Positions 25,931-39,504 of a stretch of DNA of 64,000 nucleotides are shown piece by piece; positions within the stretch are counted from its first letter, which is position 1; each line of letters starts with the position of its first letter. Under the pieces are notes generated by a model. It had not been told where the DNA came from and searched no databases. It worked only from the letters and a program-made list of their open reading frames with translations. This DNA comes from Vicugna vicugna (lineage: Eukaryota), in assembly GCA_013265495.1 (NCBI GenBank), contig MU057560.1:2170909-2234908 (forward strand). The letters are read 5' to 3'. A program made the translations under genes and the position numbers.

Positions 25931-26358
25931 TGACCAAGACTCCCTCCTTGACCGAACTGCGCAGGCTCCCCTGAGCTTTTCCACTGGGGCTCGACTCCTG
26001 GGCTTCTGTATCCATCTCCGCATCATCCAGCTTTAGCAAGCGTCCTGCTAAGTTGGTTTAGCTGGAGCTCCCCATCTGCACTCTAATCAGGTCCCCCCCA
26101 GGTGACAGTCCCGTCTGCCTTCAGCAAGACCGCCGCTGGGTCAGTTCACCCAAACTGCCCCTCGACCCCTCAACGTTTCCTCCGAGTAACTTCCCGTCCG
26201 CCGACTGCAACTGCTCCCCGGCTGGGAACTCCCCTTCGCTGCTGCGGTACTTGGGGTTGAGCCTGGCTCTGCACACATGCCTTTTTCTCCTATTTCCTCC
26301 CGAATAAAGTCTGTTTTTGTCTCTATGACTACGGCCCAGCTCTGGTTTTTCGTTGACA
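25931..26358 (+). mobile_element. ERV1-class solo LTR (MER31/MER67-like)
   Basis: Internal duplication (tttagcaag...ctgctaagttggtttagc / ttcagcaag...ggtcagttcacc), AATAAA at 26303-26308 and terminal ...ttgaca. Confidence 0.7.
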
Positions 26359-27859
26359 CCAGATGAGACTGACAGACAGGTGAACGTGTCACCTAATCCC
26401 AGGCAGAATTAGAACAGAGGTAAAATATCGAAGGTTTCAAATGAGGTGAAAGATCGGCAAAGAGGCAGAGGCCGCCGTGTGAAGCGGCCTCGGGCAGATG
26501 CGGGGCGACGAACACCTAAGGCTGTGCCCGGCTGCTGGGCGGCACCGCGAGGTGCGGGGAGTGAGGGAGCTGGTGGGCTCGGTCGCGGGCGGGCGGGTGG
26601 GTGGGTCGAGGTGTCTCCGCTGGGCCGAGGGAGTGGGCGGGGCTGCCTGTGTGCACGCCCTGCTCAGACGTGAATTTGAGAAGCCGCCTCGAGGGTTGCC
26701 TGGAAGATGGACTAGCCAGGGGCTGCTGTCATAATCGTGGGTAAAGTTGCGTCTACCCAGATAGATTTGCAGAGTCAGAGAGGAAGGGACGCGTCCGTCC
26801 TGGGATGGAGCGGAAGGTGAGGTGAGGGGTGATGCGCGAGGTCCCGGGGTGACTCTGAAAGACGCGTCCAACCAACCCCGGGACCTTCTCTCCCATGAAG
26901 ATGCTCGCCCCGGCTGCCCTTGTGCTTACAAAGGTGCAGCAGAATTCCATCTCCGTTAGTCAGAATCTCCTCCCAGCCCCGCTCCCTCCATCTGGGTAAC
27001 GTCGATAATTGATGCTGGTGACTGTGGCCAAGACTCGGAAGAAGCAAATAAATTAGTTTCAATAAAATGTCAGTGTTACCCTTGTTCACCTGCTGATTTA
27101 TTGAAATTGGGGATTCACCCAAGGCCACTGCGTTAACTCTTTTGAGATTATCCAGTCAACCAAGCACACGTCCCCCAGCCACCCCAGTCACCAGAGAGTT
27201 TACTAACTCACTTTTAAAATTAGAACCACAAAGCCAATCCCCTGCGTGATGTGAACAATTCTCATACATGAATCAGCAAGTCTCTCCTCATCTCTTCCAT
27301 ACGGAAGACAGAGAAATCTGATTTATCTCTCTCTCCTTCTGTGGGTAAACTTTCTTTTTCTTGTTATAAAATGAAGAGAATTCTAACTTGCAGCCTTGGA
27401 ATAGGCTGGAGAACAGAACCTCCGTATTCGGAGCAAACTCCTGAGATTAGAGGGCGAGGCCGGCCGGCCTCATGCCAGAAATGCAGCGGCGGTCCACTTA
27501 CACCGCCAGCAACAATAAATCAGGCTCTCGTGCGTCGAGGCCATTTGGAAAGGCATTGGGCGGGATGGAAGGGTCTGCTCCAGAGAAGCACCCAGTCCGC
27601 TGCACCTGCTGCCCGTCCTGTGCAAGGGGGCTGGTCCCCTGCTTTCCTTGGAGTTTGTCACGTCTGACCTTCAGGACTTGCCCGTGGCGGTGACCTGCAC
27701 TGTTCTCTGGCCGTCTGACGGGGGTGGGGATACGGGAGCTGCCTGTTTTGAAATAACATGAACACTTTCCAGACTAAGACCCTCTGTGAGAGCTGAACGA
27801 GGGAAAGACACATTTACGAGGACTGACAGTACTTCCCTCTCAGTGTGAGGCCATTTGGG

Positions 27860-29570
27860 CTGCTACTGGCTTGTTTGCTCGTTTGTTTGCTTGCTTTTAA
27901 AATTCTTTTCAACCGTTTCTTCCACAGAGCAACAGTTTAAAAAATCTAATTTAGTCATTGTTTTCCTTTCACGGATCATGCTTTTGGTGTCATGTCTAAA
28001 ACCTGACTGCCTGACACGTAGTCTGAAAGGTCTTCTCCCCGTTTGCATTGAAAATCCTTGCAAGCCTCGTGCTCAGTCGGGCCTGTGACCCGTCTGGGTT
28101 AACGTCCGCGCACTAGACAAGGGCCGACGAGGCTCGCTCTGCCGCATCGCAGTTAGCAAGCGCCTTGTGCTGCAGAGGTGCACCTTTGCATTGCTTTTGC
28201 AGCTTGGTTGAAAGCCACGTCATGATCTCTGTGTGGGGCCGCTGGGCTGTGTTCTGTCCCACCGGCCTGTGTGTCTGCCCTTCACTAACGCCTCACGTGC
28301 CAAACTCACTCACTAGTTCTAGGATCTTTCTGTAAAAAAATACTTGGGATTTTCCAGGTGGACGTCACGTTCCATGTGAAACAGACAGCTTGATGTCTTC
28401 GCTTCCACTCTGCACGCCCTTTGTTTCTGTATCTTGTCTCGTGCGGAGGGGACATGCTCGCCCTGCTCCTGACCTCAGCCTTGGACCAGTGAGTGGGACT
28501 TTGCAGAAGCCCCGTAGCTGGTGGAGGAAGCTCCCTTCTAGTCCTATTAATCTGAGAGTTTTTTTTGTTTTGTTTTGCATTTTTCAATTGAAGTAGAGTC
28601 AGTTTACAGCGTTATGTTAATTCCTGGTGCACAGTGTCGTGTTTCAGTCAGACATGCACGTACATACATTCCTTTCCATATCCTTTTTCCTGAGTTAGTC
28701 TTTCGTCACGAGCGATGTTGAGCTTTGCTGAGTCCTTTTCCTGTGCCGAGAGACGTGCTCATACAGGTTTTCTTTGTGGTCTGTTCATGCGGTGAATCAC
28801 ATGGATTGATTTTCAAAGGCTGACCAGCCTAACTTTCCAGCTTCTTGGTTGTGATCTGGTATCTTTTAAAAATACGGCTGGTTTCGTTGGCTAGTATTTG
28901 GTTGCGGAGTTTGCGTCTGTGTCCCTGAGGGATGTCGGTCTGCTGTTTGCGTCACTGCAATGTCTTGGCCTGTGTCGGCCCCGGAGCAGCGCCAGCCTCA
29001 TGAAATGCTCTCTCTCCTCTTTTCAGGAAGCAAGTGTGTGAAGGGCGTCCATCTCCTCCCTTCAATGTTCGGTGGAATCTTCCAGGGGATCTTGACTTGG
29101 GGTCTCCTTGTCAGAGGCTGAATCTGTCCCACGGCTTCCTAGGCTGGGCCTTTTCCCCCTCACTCTTCCTCTCTGTTCTTCAGACAGAGTAGTTGATTCG
29201 CCTCTGTCTTCAAGTTCTCTGACTCTTTTTTGTTGTCTGCATTCTTCTCCTGAAGCATCCTTGTGATTTTTAAATTTTACTTCTAACATTTTATTTTTCA
29301 GCTCTCCAATGCCCGTTGGGTTTTTTCCCATAGTTTCTCCTTCTCTGCTGAGACGTCTGTTTCTCCCTCTGTTCTGAGAGCGTTCACCTTGATTCCATAG
29401 AGCATGGTCATAACTGCCGCTCGGAAGTCTCCGGACTCAAACATCTGGGCCATCTCACGGTTGACATGGGCTGAAGGTCTTCACCCCTGAGAATCGGTCA
29501 GGTTTTCCTGGATTAGTACGGCGAGCAATGCTGGGCTATGTTCTGGGTGTGCTGGATGCCGCGTCATCAA
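27860..29570 (-). mobile_element. Mosaic of old L1 fragments, with a younger L1 3' end inserted at ~28575-28690
   Basis: ggatcatgcttttggtgtcatgtctaaaa; gaatcacatggattgattttcaaa; inserted ttgaagtagagtcagtttacagcgttatgttaattcctggtgcacag. Confidence 0.7.
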
Positions 29571-29589
29571 GTGCTGAGCTCTGTTTAAA

Positions 29590-29789
29590 TCGGTGGCCCT
29601 CGAGAAAGGGGGCTGCCCCCAGGGGACGTTTGGTGATGTCTGGAGACCGCTGTGGCTGTCCCGACTGTGGAGTGTCGGGTGGGGAGAAGCCAGGGAGGCT
29701 GCTAAACGTCCTCCGAGGCATGAACAGCGCCCCCCCCAAAGAGTCATTCAGTCTGAGATACCAACAGTGTGGAGGCGGAGAAGTTCGTG
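29590..29789 (+). mobile_element. MER20 (hAT-Charlie) DNA transposon relic
   Basis: gcccccaggggacgtttggtgatgtctggagac...gccagggaggctgctaaacgtcc...gaggcggagaag is colinear with the remembered MER20 consensus. Confidence 0.85.
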
Positions 29790-32174
29790 CTTACGTCCCG
29801 TGGAGAATATTGGGTTCAGGCCACAAGTGCTCTCTCACCATCTGCAGGAAGCGACCTCAGTGTGGGCTCGGCCTTAGAGCCCCGCTGTGCCCCCGTGGAC
29901 ATGCTCCACGTGAGCAGCCGGAAGCGCCAGGGACTCGTGCCATGGCCCACACAGAATCAGCACGCCGCCGTCTGAGCCCTCTCCCCACGGGGCGCCCCAG
30001 GGGTCTCGGCGTCCGAGTCCTTTGGCTACAAAGCTCTGGTTCCTCTGTGTCTTGACTCACACCCCCCGCCCCCCCCACTCCACGCACCATAGTGCAGTTT
30101 CACAGAATTGGGGTGGTTTCCAGGGCAACATGGCAAGAGAGAAAAACAGAGAAAAAATTAGGACTCCCCCAAATCCTCTGGGACACAGGGGCCCATTTTC
30201 CCAATTCCCCACAGAGGGGTGGGTTTTCCTGGCGTTTTAGGAGCGTCTACCAGGGCTACGGCCGGATCTTCATGGTTGGAGCTGGCCTTGGAGTGGGGCC
30301 AGGAGAGAAAGAAGAGGGAGGGGACCCCTGGTGCTCCCCCAGCCCTCCCTGCCCCCCAGAGCCCCTTTCCCTGTCCTCTGGCCGAAAGAGCGGCTCTCCC
30401 TCAGCCCCCCGTCCTGCTCACTGGGCGTCCTGAGACGCAGGCTGCACTTAGCACGAAGCGGAGACAAGGGAGGAGACGAGGAGAGGCCCCCCGCACCGTG
30501 CTGGCCGCGCCAGCCCGGCCCCTCCCAGCCCGCCTGCTGGGGCCACTCCCGGCTGTGGGCAGGGAGGCGCAGCCTCGGTGGCCCTGCTCCGTCTTGGCCG
30601 GTGCCAGAGGCGACTCACCTTTTCCAAGAAGGAGAAAGGGAAGGAAGAAGGTGCGTCTGGGGGCGAGCAGATCCTCCTGAGAAGCAGGTGGACCGCAGTT
30701 TCTTTTCTCGGGATTTTCTCGGGACGCTGAAGTGCCGGGCTGGTTGGCATGGGTTTTTCTTCATTTCCTTCTTCTCCTTCGATTTCTTCCCAAAGAAGGC
30801 GGATGGCGCTGGCAGCTGTCCCGGTCAGAACACCGGGGCTCGCGTGCGCCCGCACCTTGGCGCCTCTCGCGGTTGGTTGTGGCCCCGCGTGCGTGCCTCC
30901 CAGCCCGGCCTGGACCCCCGCCCGGCCTGGACCCCCCCGCCGGCCCTCCCGCCGTGGGGCTGCCCTGGCCGCTGGCTGAGCACGGACGGTCAGCGAGGCC
31001 TCTGCGGCCGCTGTGGGGCGATGCGCTGGGGGAGCCCCGAGTCCCTGGGTAGAGAGGACGTGCCACCACGGCTGCCTGGCCCTCGTCCGCCTGCGCCGTG
31101 AGTGGCCAGCGGGTGTCACTGGGCTGAGACGCTGGCCTGTCTGTTACGAAGCAGCCACTGTCCCCCCCCCCCCACCAGGTGCAGTCTTAACGGCCACTGG
31201 AGCCTCTCCCTGGACTGAGCCCTGAGGAAAATGCTGGACTTCTGATGAGTGACTTTCCCTCTCTGGTCTCAGTTTTACCCCTACCCAGTGGGGTAGATTA
31301 TAATTTAATCTGACCCAATAGGATTACTTTTTTCCTCTCACAGCAATGCTGAGAGAGAAATCGAGGCAGTCACTGGAAGATTTTGAACCTTTTGGAGGGA
31401 GGAGTCCATAAAGACAAGGTGTTATTATTATTATAATTTTGAGCATCACTCCAAGTACACAGAGAAAAATGGTTAATCACCCCTTAACTTTGACGGGACG
31501 TGAGATCTGCAGGTAACGACACAGCGCAGCAGTCTGCCGACCGGCAGCCCCCTCCCCCCGATGACCGCGGTGTCCTTGAACAGCATGGTCCCCGGGCATT
31601 GTGCCTGGACAGCCATCGGGGGCCAGCGAGGAGCCTGAGAAGGGACTCTGCTTGGGGGAGCTCACTCTGGCGACAGGACTTCCTGGCACAGTGTTCCAGG
31701 AAACAGCACACACGGCCTGTCCCTGCCACTTGGTAGATGTGGTTTAATTAAGCAAGGAGGGCGCCGTGGGGGAGCGCGCGCTGCCCACGATTTGATTTGT
31801 GGGATGGTTAAAATGTTTGGAAGCTCCTTTAAGAAACCAGGTGGTAGAAGTGGAGGGAGGCGCGCACCTGCGTGGTGACAGCAGCAGCCCCGGCGCACAC
31901 TCCTGGGAACCGGCTGCCTCTGCCCCGTGATGGGAGGAGAGGGGCCAAGCTGCCGCCGCCCTCGCCCTCGCCCTGGGGGGTGGCCCTCCTCCCAGTGGCC
32001 GCCGGGTCCCTGGGGAGTTCGTGTGTCCGTCTCCAGGCCCAGCCTACCACTGGGTCAGAGTCTCTGGGGGTAAGACAAAGAAATCTGGGTTTCCCTCTCT
32101 TTTATTTTTATTTTTTAAAAAATTTTTTGTGTGTGATGAGAACTCGTAAGTGTTACTCTGTTTCTTTGGCTGGT

Positions 32175-32292
32175 GGTGGTGTAGTTAGGCTCGTTAATTT
32201 GATTTATTTATTTCTTAGTGGAGGTGCCGGGGATTGAACCGGGACCTTGGGCATGCTAGGCACGCGCTCTGCCCCTGCGCTGTGCCCTCCCC
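32175..32292 (-). mobile_element. tRNA-Ala-derived SINE (Vic-1 type), GC-shifted
   Basis: tggaggtgccggggattgaaccgggaccttgggcatgctaggcacgcgctctgcccctgcgctgtgccctcccc, with a tttatttattt tail. Confidence 0.8.
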
Positions 32293-32297
32293 GCCCT

Positions 32298-32560
32298 TTT
32301 GTTATTTTTAACTGTTTATTTTGATATAGTTGTAGATTCATTGATTGTAAGAAGTGACGTGGAAAGAACCCACATACTCTACCCAGTTTCCCCCAGTAAC
32401 AGCATCTTGGCAGACTATAGGCATCCGCATGCCTTGGGTACCGGCACGGGTGTGAACCCGCAGTCTTGTTCCCATCTCCCTGGTTTCATCCGTGCGCATC
32501 CCAGCTTGTGTGTACCTGGTGCCATGTGCACCCACCCCCACCGCCCAGGCACGGGACATT
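32298..32560 (-). mobile_element. L1M 3'-end fragment
   Basis: tttattttgatatagttgtagattca...ctacccagtttcccccagtaacagcatcttg. Confidence 0.7.
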
Positions 32561-35500
32561 TCCGTCACCATCCCCAGCACCCAGAGCACCAGGGACGCAG
32601 TGAAGGCCCCCTAAGTCTTTGCTGAGTGAACCGTTCAGCTCCCGCTTGTGAGGACTGCGGCTCCCGGCCGAGTCAGAGCCGTAGGGTGCGCCTGTTAGAG
32701 TGTGTGAGACCCCGGAGAAATCAAACCAGGCCACACGGTGTGAAAGCGTGTGGTGAGCAGGGTGTGACCATGGGGGTGTCCTGTGCAAGGTGAAGCAGGG
32801 GTAGGCAGGGCTGACATCGATTTGTTGAATTTTTAAAATCTTCAAAGCGTCCTCAGGTGCCCAATCCCCACGTGGAGCCTCGGCTGCTCTTGCTGAAGTG
32901 CGGGGCCGCCGGCTGACGTGGTCTCCTGGTCCTGGGGAGACGTTCTGGGGACTCTAGGATTCAGTCTCCGGTTGCCACACACCGGGAAGGGGGGCACGTG
33001 TGAGAGGCTTGGTCAGTCACACGGGGGTCACGCTGGTTTGCACCAAACAACTTGAACTTGGGCCCTGCAGAGACAGAGCCCGAGCACAGACCTCCGCGTC
33101 CTAGGCGCGCTCAGAGCGCTTTCACGGCAGGGGCTCCGTGTCTTCTGTGACTGGCTGGGCGCCAGGTGCCGCAGCAGCACGGTGGAGGGACAGCAGCCTG
33201 GTGGCTGCGTGGTGGCAGCACGGTGTTTGGACACAGCTCCGATGTGCTCAGAAGAGCCCAGACTCCGGAGCCGAGCAGATGGCGCAGGCCCTGCTCGCCC
33301 CTCTCACCCCAGGCTCGGCACTCTGTGCGTCAGTGTCCTTTTTGTGCGTTTTTAACGATGCTCCTTTTCCCCGAGGAGTCTGGGATGAGGGAATTTATGA
33401 AAATGCCGGCACAGTGCTCGGTGTACAGTTGGGAGGTTTCAGCAAAGTTCTGCCTCTCCTCTGAGAGAAATCAGAAGTTACAGCCCAAATACGGAACGGT
33501 TGGTCCCAAGTGGAGCCAGAGGTCGTGGGGGTCAGCGCAGCTGCCGACGGATGGCGTTCTGGCGCTGCCCGAGATGCAGGAATTTCACATGCAGCTGGGA
33601 TGGTGGTGAGGGTGGCTGATATTTCTTCTGTCTCAATGAGGAAGAGGAACTGAAAATTCTAAGGGAAAAACTCTGGAATAAGTGCACGCCCCAGATGCAT
33701 TTCAGTAGGAACCAGGGTTGGTCCTGAAGCCTTGGCAACGTGTTAAAAGGGAAAATCCCCTTGAGTCTGGCACCAGGAGCCGCCGCCTCTGAGTGGGGGA
33801 CGTCTGACCTGCAGGCAGTCCTGGCTCCACGGCTCCGAAGCTCACGCCGTCCAGGAGGCAGGCCTGTGGGCAGAGCCGGGCAGTGGTGGCCAGAGGGTCT
33901 CCCTCACATCTGTGTGGGCGGGAGGGACCCCGAGACGGGGTAGAAGTGACCCCTGCGGCACCCGGCCTGGCCTGGCCGTGGGGGTGCCCGCGCGGGGTCC
34001 TCTGGGCAGTGCTGCGGGCTGATGCGGGTGACGGGAGTCACGCGGCCAGGGTGGCTGTGCCCAGCCTGGGTCCCGCGTGGTGGCTGCTCCGTGGCTGGAG
34101 TCCTCTCAGGACGCAGGAGACAATGGCCGTGTTTGTGCCGCTTCCCATTTTGGGGCTCGTCTGTGACGGTGATTAGCTATGCTAACGAATTCAGGTTCAT
34201 TGGTTTTCAACTTTTTAGACTCTAGACAAAGCACAGGAGACTTAATTATGAGTAAAAATAGAACGTGGGTGTTACCAGCCTTAGCAGGTGAAGCGTCGCT
34301 GTCAACACTGGAGGCGGTGTGGGAGCGGAGAGGAGGTGGCAGCGGGACACCCGTCTTAGGGAGACCCACGAGTGCCCTGAGATCCCCGCCGGGAGGCGCA
34401 GTGGAAACGCAGCTGGAAGGGTAGGTGCAGCCGCGTTGGGAGGGGCAGCAGCGGTCAGGAGCCGCGTCCTCGTCATCCCAGGAGGGGCAGCAACACCACC
34501 GGAAGGCGATCGAGACGGGGCTTTAACCTCGTTGGAAGGCGTGGAGCTGAGCAGAGGACTGGACCAGAGCCAGGGCCGCGGGCGCCTCCCGGGAGCAGGG
34601 CTGGGTGGGGAGGGGGTTGGGGGCCTGGCGCCCGCTTCCGCCCTCCGCCCCCCTCTCTCAGCAGCCTTCCTGTACTATTTTCTATGTTAAACATGTACAA
34701 ATTAAAATGTTAAATGTTTAAAGTTTCGCTAAGTAAACCTTAGAAATTAGGTTACTTGAGAGAACAAGAGAGTTTTGTTTCTTTGTTTTGAGTCCCTGGG
34801 GGCTCTCAGCTCTGAGCACCATGCACACCCTCCTTGTCTGTTGTCACAGCGGGTCCCCTCCTGCCTGGTCTAGGGCGTTCCTGGTGTGGTCCCTCAGGGT
34901 CGGCGTCCTTCGAGAGGTGGCCCCGGCCCAGGCTCTTCCCCTCACACTCCTGCTCCCTCCAGGCCCCCAAATTAATCAGATCTCATCAGGTTTAAGTGCA
35001 TGATGGATGTTTTTTGGTAGCATTAGAAACATAAGCACATTGATGGGGCACCAAGCGGGGAGGGGTGGGAAGCGGTGAGCAGGGATTCTCAGCAGGAGAG
35101 CCGAATCAGGAACAGTCATGTTTAAAGATCCCGTCCAGAAAATCCAAGATGAAACAGCCTCACTGGGTCCCCTGGAGAAAGACAACGCAGAGTCACTCTA
35201 GTGGGACAACCTGACATTTGAGTGCGAAGCGGCTCTCGGAGGGGGTCCGGGATGCCTGCGGTCCCTGGGACGTCGGTGGCCGGGCCTGTTTGGAAGCCAG
35301 GCAATGTCCCCAAGCCGTGCTGCAGCTTGGTTTCCGCCAGCTGCTCGGGCCGTCTGCACCTATAGGCACTGAGGGTCCCGTTGTGCACGCCCCTGGGGTC
35401 CTGTTGCAGAGAAGCCTCCGTGTGCACGGGGATCCCCGGCAGAAGTCCCTGGAGAGACCATGTTGGCGATGGGTGGTGCCCTAAGGACCAGACATGAGCC

Positions 35501-35799
35501 GGGGTGCCCGCCTCAGCCCAAACACGGGGCGCCTCTCCCTCTGACCCCTGCCCCAGTGGGTCTCCTGGGGAAATTGCTTCCTGGCAGAGGCAGAGGGGGC
35601 CCTATCCGGCCCCTCCCAACGTGCCTCTGGGCAGCAGTGGCTCTACACCGCCGTCCCCCCTTTCCTTGACTGACTCACCAGCTCAAGGAGGGAAGCCGGC
35701 CTCTCGGGGCCGGACTGGTGGGAGTGACGCTGGAAATGTGGGCGGGCGCCGTGGGCTGCGCCTGTACAAGGCCTCAGGCTGGAGCCTGCCTCCCATGTG

Positions 35800-36092
35800 G
35801 TGCTGTCTGGAGTGGGGGCTTCGGGCAGCGATGGGGCCGTGAGAGCAGACCTCAGGATGGGATCAGTGTCCTCACGTCAGGGACCCAGAGAGCGCCCACC
35901 CAGTCCTCCTGGTCCTGCCGGTGAGGACACAGCGAGGGGACGCCGTCCGCGACCCAGGAGGCAGGCCCTCAGCAGACTCTGAGTCGGTCGGGCCGTGGTC
36001 TCCGTCTCCCAGCCCCAGAACTGGTGGATGGACGTGAGCTGTTTCAGCCCCAGGGCGTGGTGCGTCCTCACCGCCGCCTAGGCCGGCTGAGG
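35800..36092 (+). mobile_element. MLT1A-type MaLR solo LTR, GC-shifted
   Basis: gatgggatcagtgtcctc...gtgaggacacagcgagggg...cccagccccagaactg...ctgtttcagccc. Confidence 0.75.
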
Positions 36093-38224
36093 CGGCAGGA
36101 GCGGCTTTTATAACCCTTCAAGGCGGGAGTGTCAGCACTTATTTCCAGTTTAGAAAAAATTGCATCATCTTTAGGATGAGCCATGAAGTTCCTTTCACAA
36201 TTAATTTTTTATTCAATAAGCATCACTGTGTGCTAAGAGATACCCTTGTGCACCTGTGACCCTATGCACCAAGGCAGATGTTTTCTGGGGGGGACGGCAC
36301 GTGCACCCCGTCTCTGCTCCCAGGGAAGAGCCCAGGCCTCAGGCACGCCCACCTGCAGCCTGGGCCGGCCATCTGCCTCCCCAGTTGGCACCAGGTCTCC
36401 TCCCCCATCCCCTCTAGGCCATCTGCTCCTGCCACCCCCCCACCTCCCCCAGGGCTGGCTCGAGCACCCGGTTCTCACAGCGGTTTCTCCAGCTGTGGGG
36501 CATCATGTCCTCTGCAGGACGGTGACGGTCCTCACTGCACGAGACTCCAGCCTCCTGTGAGACAGGCATTTCTCCACACACATGTGCCGTGGGCGCAGCC
36601 TCTGGAGCTGCAGCCCTGCCCTACTGTCCCTCTCTGCACCCCCCCCAACCCGGGCTCCTTGGCCTGGCCGTGCAAGTCCTTCCCAGCCAGCTGATGTTCG
36701 CCGTGGGGTGACGTGGCGGTGGAGGGTCCCCTCGGAGCCCTCTGGTGGCTGGACAGGGCCTGGAGGGGTGTGGCTAAGCTAGCAGCCTGCCAGAGCAGGC
36801 CAAGGCCACGCCAGGGCACGGAGCCCTAAGCCCAGACATGCCCGCCTGCTGCGGGTCCCTGTCACTCAGGATAGAAGGTGGCCTTCGGGGCAGCGAGGAA
36901 AGGCTCCAGGACTGAACTCAACAGAGAAGTCTTCAGAGGAGAGGTGATAGCCAAGATGGTCACCTGCGGAACAGGCTGGAGTCCCCGGGGGACACGCGGC
37001 CCAGAAGGACGGTGGACCCCTGAGCAGTGGTCCTCGGCCTCTGCGGGCTGACCCGTCTGGGAGAGACGGGAGGGGCTGTGGGCACCGAGTCAGATGAGAT
37101 TTGAGGAAGAAAAGGAGTTTTCAGGAGGCTGGAAATGTAAGTGTGTGTTTGTGATTTTAACTGAGAAAACTCAGGGTAGGGACATGCGCAGAGCTGCTGC
37201 GGGCGGAGAGGAAAATCATTACAGGACGCATTTTCATAAAGCCTTTCTCCTCCTGTTTCAGCCGGCAGCCCATGGCCTGGCCCCGAGCTCAGAAAAGCTC
37301 ACAGAGGCTGTGTTTGAAGGTTACTTGCTTGTGGTTTTAATGGAATAGAAGAACATGTATTTGGTCTTTAAAAATTGAAGAGGCAGGAAGGAGTCTGGGA
37401 GAGTGCTCTGGTTAGGTGAGGCGGTTGGGGGCCAGACGGACGCGGGGCCAGCGCGGCGGGCACGCTTCTCTCAGAGGTGCCGTGCTGGCCGCGGGGGCTC
37501 TGGCCTTCACCAGACCTCGCGGTCCGCGGACGCTGACTGTCCCCGTGCCCCTGAGCAGAGGGCGGAACCCTCAGTCCCTCTGACCGTGGCTCCTCTGGGC
37601 CTTCCCTGACCTGTGCGGTCCCCCGGCCCTCCCAGCTGGGCCTCGGACTCACCACTGGCTCCAGGCCCACCCCTCCCCGCCAGGGTGCACGTGCTGTCAA
37701 CCCAGGCCTCTGTGCTTCTTGAGTCGGCCCTCTGGTGACATCGTGTGTCCCGGGCCACACGCAGGGCTCAGGCCCAGCGCCAAGGCTGGCGGTGGTCAGG
37801 CTCTGCGAGACCGAGGTCCCCAGGAGCGAGGCTGGGGGCAGCTCAGCCTCCCAGTGGGCCTGGGCAGGCTCGGGGCTCTCCCTGCCCGTCACTGAGGAGG
37901 GAGGCCTTGAGGGTGAAACTGCACACGGACCTCAGGGCTCTCCAACTAGCAACACGCTGGTGAAGAAATCCTGGGTTAGGGCTTCCGGGCGTTTCATGTT
38001 TTCTCTTAAGAAGCTTGTTTACAATCATCTAAGAAGTGCTCTGCCATCTGCCCGCTGGGGCGGGGGCTGTTTGGTGCAGGTTCCCTCTCCTTCCGTGATC
38101 TGTCTCCCGGGAATTCACCTGCCCACCCCCCACCGGGAGGCACAAATTCCTCGATGCCATGTCAGCATCTCTTCCTGAGCACCAGGGGAGCTCCCGGGAG
38201 ACCAGGCTCCCAGCCGCTCACATT

Positions 38225-38340
38225 TGACCTTGACTGCAGCGTCACGACCTTGAGCCGCATAATTAACCTTCCGTTTCCTCATCTGTAAAATGGGGTGGTG
38301 ATAACCACAACCTCGGCTGCTTCGAGGTGTGACTCGAGTC
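38225..38340 (+). mobile_element. MIR fragment
   Basis: gaccttgagc...ccgtttcctcatctgtaaaatggggtggtgataacc is near-consensus MIR core. Confidence 0.8.
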
Positions 38341-39049
38341 CTCGGTAACCCCTAATGCCACGGCTGACCGCAGCGACTCCTCTGTGAATACCTGCCTTTC
38401 CTGTTGCTCTTGCTCACGTGGTCGGTCTGCCGTTGCTGCCGAGGGGCTCCGGGATCTAAATCCCGCAGCGCTGACCTCGTCCGAGGAAATTCGTCCTGAA
38501 GGAGATGAAGGGGCAGGAAGAAAGCTGCTGAGCCCACGTCCCCTGGCGTTTTCATGGGCGGATCCATGAGGAGCCAGACCTCACCACCTCCCTCGTCTGG
38601 ACTGGAGGTATGATTTGGGCTATAACTTCTGTCCTTTCCCTCACAAAGGATGCATTTCACAGGACAGCCAAAAAGGAAGGAAAGGAAGCAGTCAGTGAAG
38701 AAGGGAGACGTGGGACCCGGAGGGCCTGCGGACCTCTGCATTTCCCTGAGAGCCCCTCACGCTCGTCCGGAGCACGCGGGTCTCCGGCTGTGGGTTCTGC
38801 CTCTGTGCTGCGGTGCCGATGGCGGGGGTGGGGTGGGGGGCGGAGCTTTGCCATCTTCCCGAAAAGTAACATCGGCCCGTTTGTCCTCGCTCCCCTGCGA
38901 CTCAGCCCTGGGCGGTTATTAACCTGCTCTTTTCTCTGTGTATTTGCCTTTTTTTTTTTGACATTTAGCATGAATGAAATCCCACAGTGTGTCTTCTTCT
39001 GTGTCTGGCTTCGTGTCACACGACATTTTCAGGTTCACCCCTGTAGCTG

Positions 39050-39170
39050 TGGCCATGTTTCTGTCCAAAAGAACAATGTGCAGACCTTAGTTTGAAAATA
39101 CCTTTTTGCTGAAAAGTGCTGACTACTGAGTCTTCGGTGACTCCTAATCCTTTGCACTAGTCACGCAAAG
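39050..39170. mobile_element. Tigger2/MER28-like DNA transposon fragment
   Basis: aacaatgtgcagaccttagtttgaaaatacctttttgctgaaaagtgctgac...tgagtcttcggtgactcctaatcctttgc resembles remembered Tigger-family consensus. Confidence 0.6.
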
Positions 39171-39311
39171 GGGCCTGCAGCCGTGCGGGCGGGCCGGCCG
39201 CCGGGCGCACCGAGGATGCGAGTTTCATTGTTCTCTCCAGACGAGGTGGGGCCGGTGGGGCTGGGGGCAGGCACCTCTGAGGGAACTGGAGTCGTTCCAG
39301 GGTCAAACAGC

Positions 39312-39504
39312 CGTGTGTGTGTGTGTGTGCGTGCTTGTGTATGTATATATATGTACGTGTATTGTATGTGTCGTGTGTGTATATGTGTCTACGGGTGTGT
39401 GTATGTTTGCATGCGTGTTTGTATGTATATGTGTGTGTGTGTGCATGTGTGTATGTGTGTCTACACACGTTTGTGTGTGTATGTGTGTGGTGTGTGTGTG
39501 TGTG
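39312..39504. repeat. Degenerate (TG/TA)n microsatellite
   Basis: Read directly from the sequence. Confidence 0.95.
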
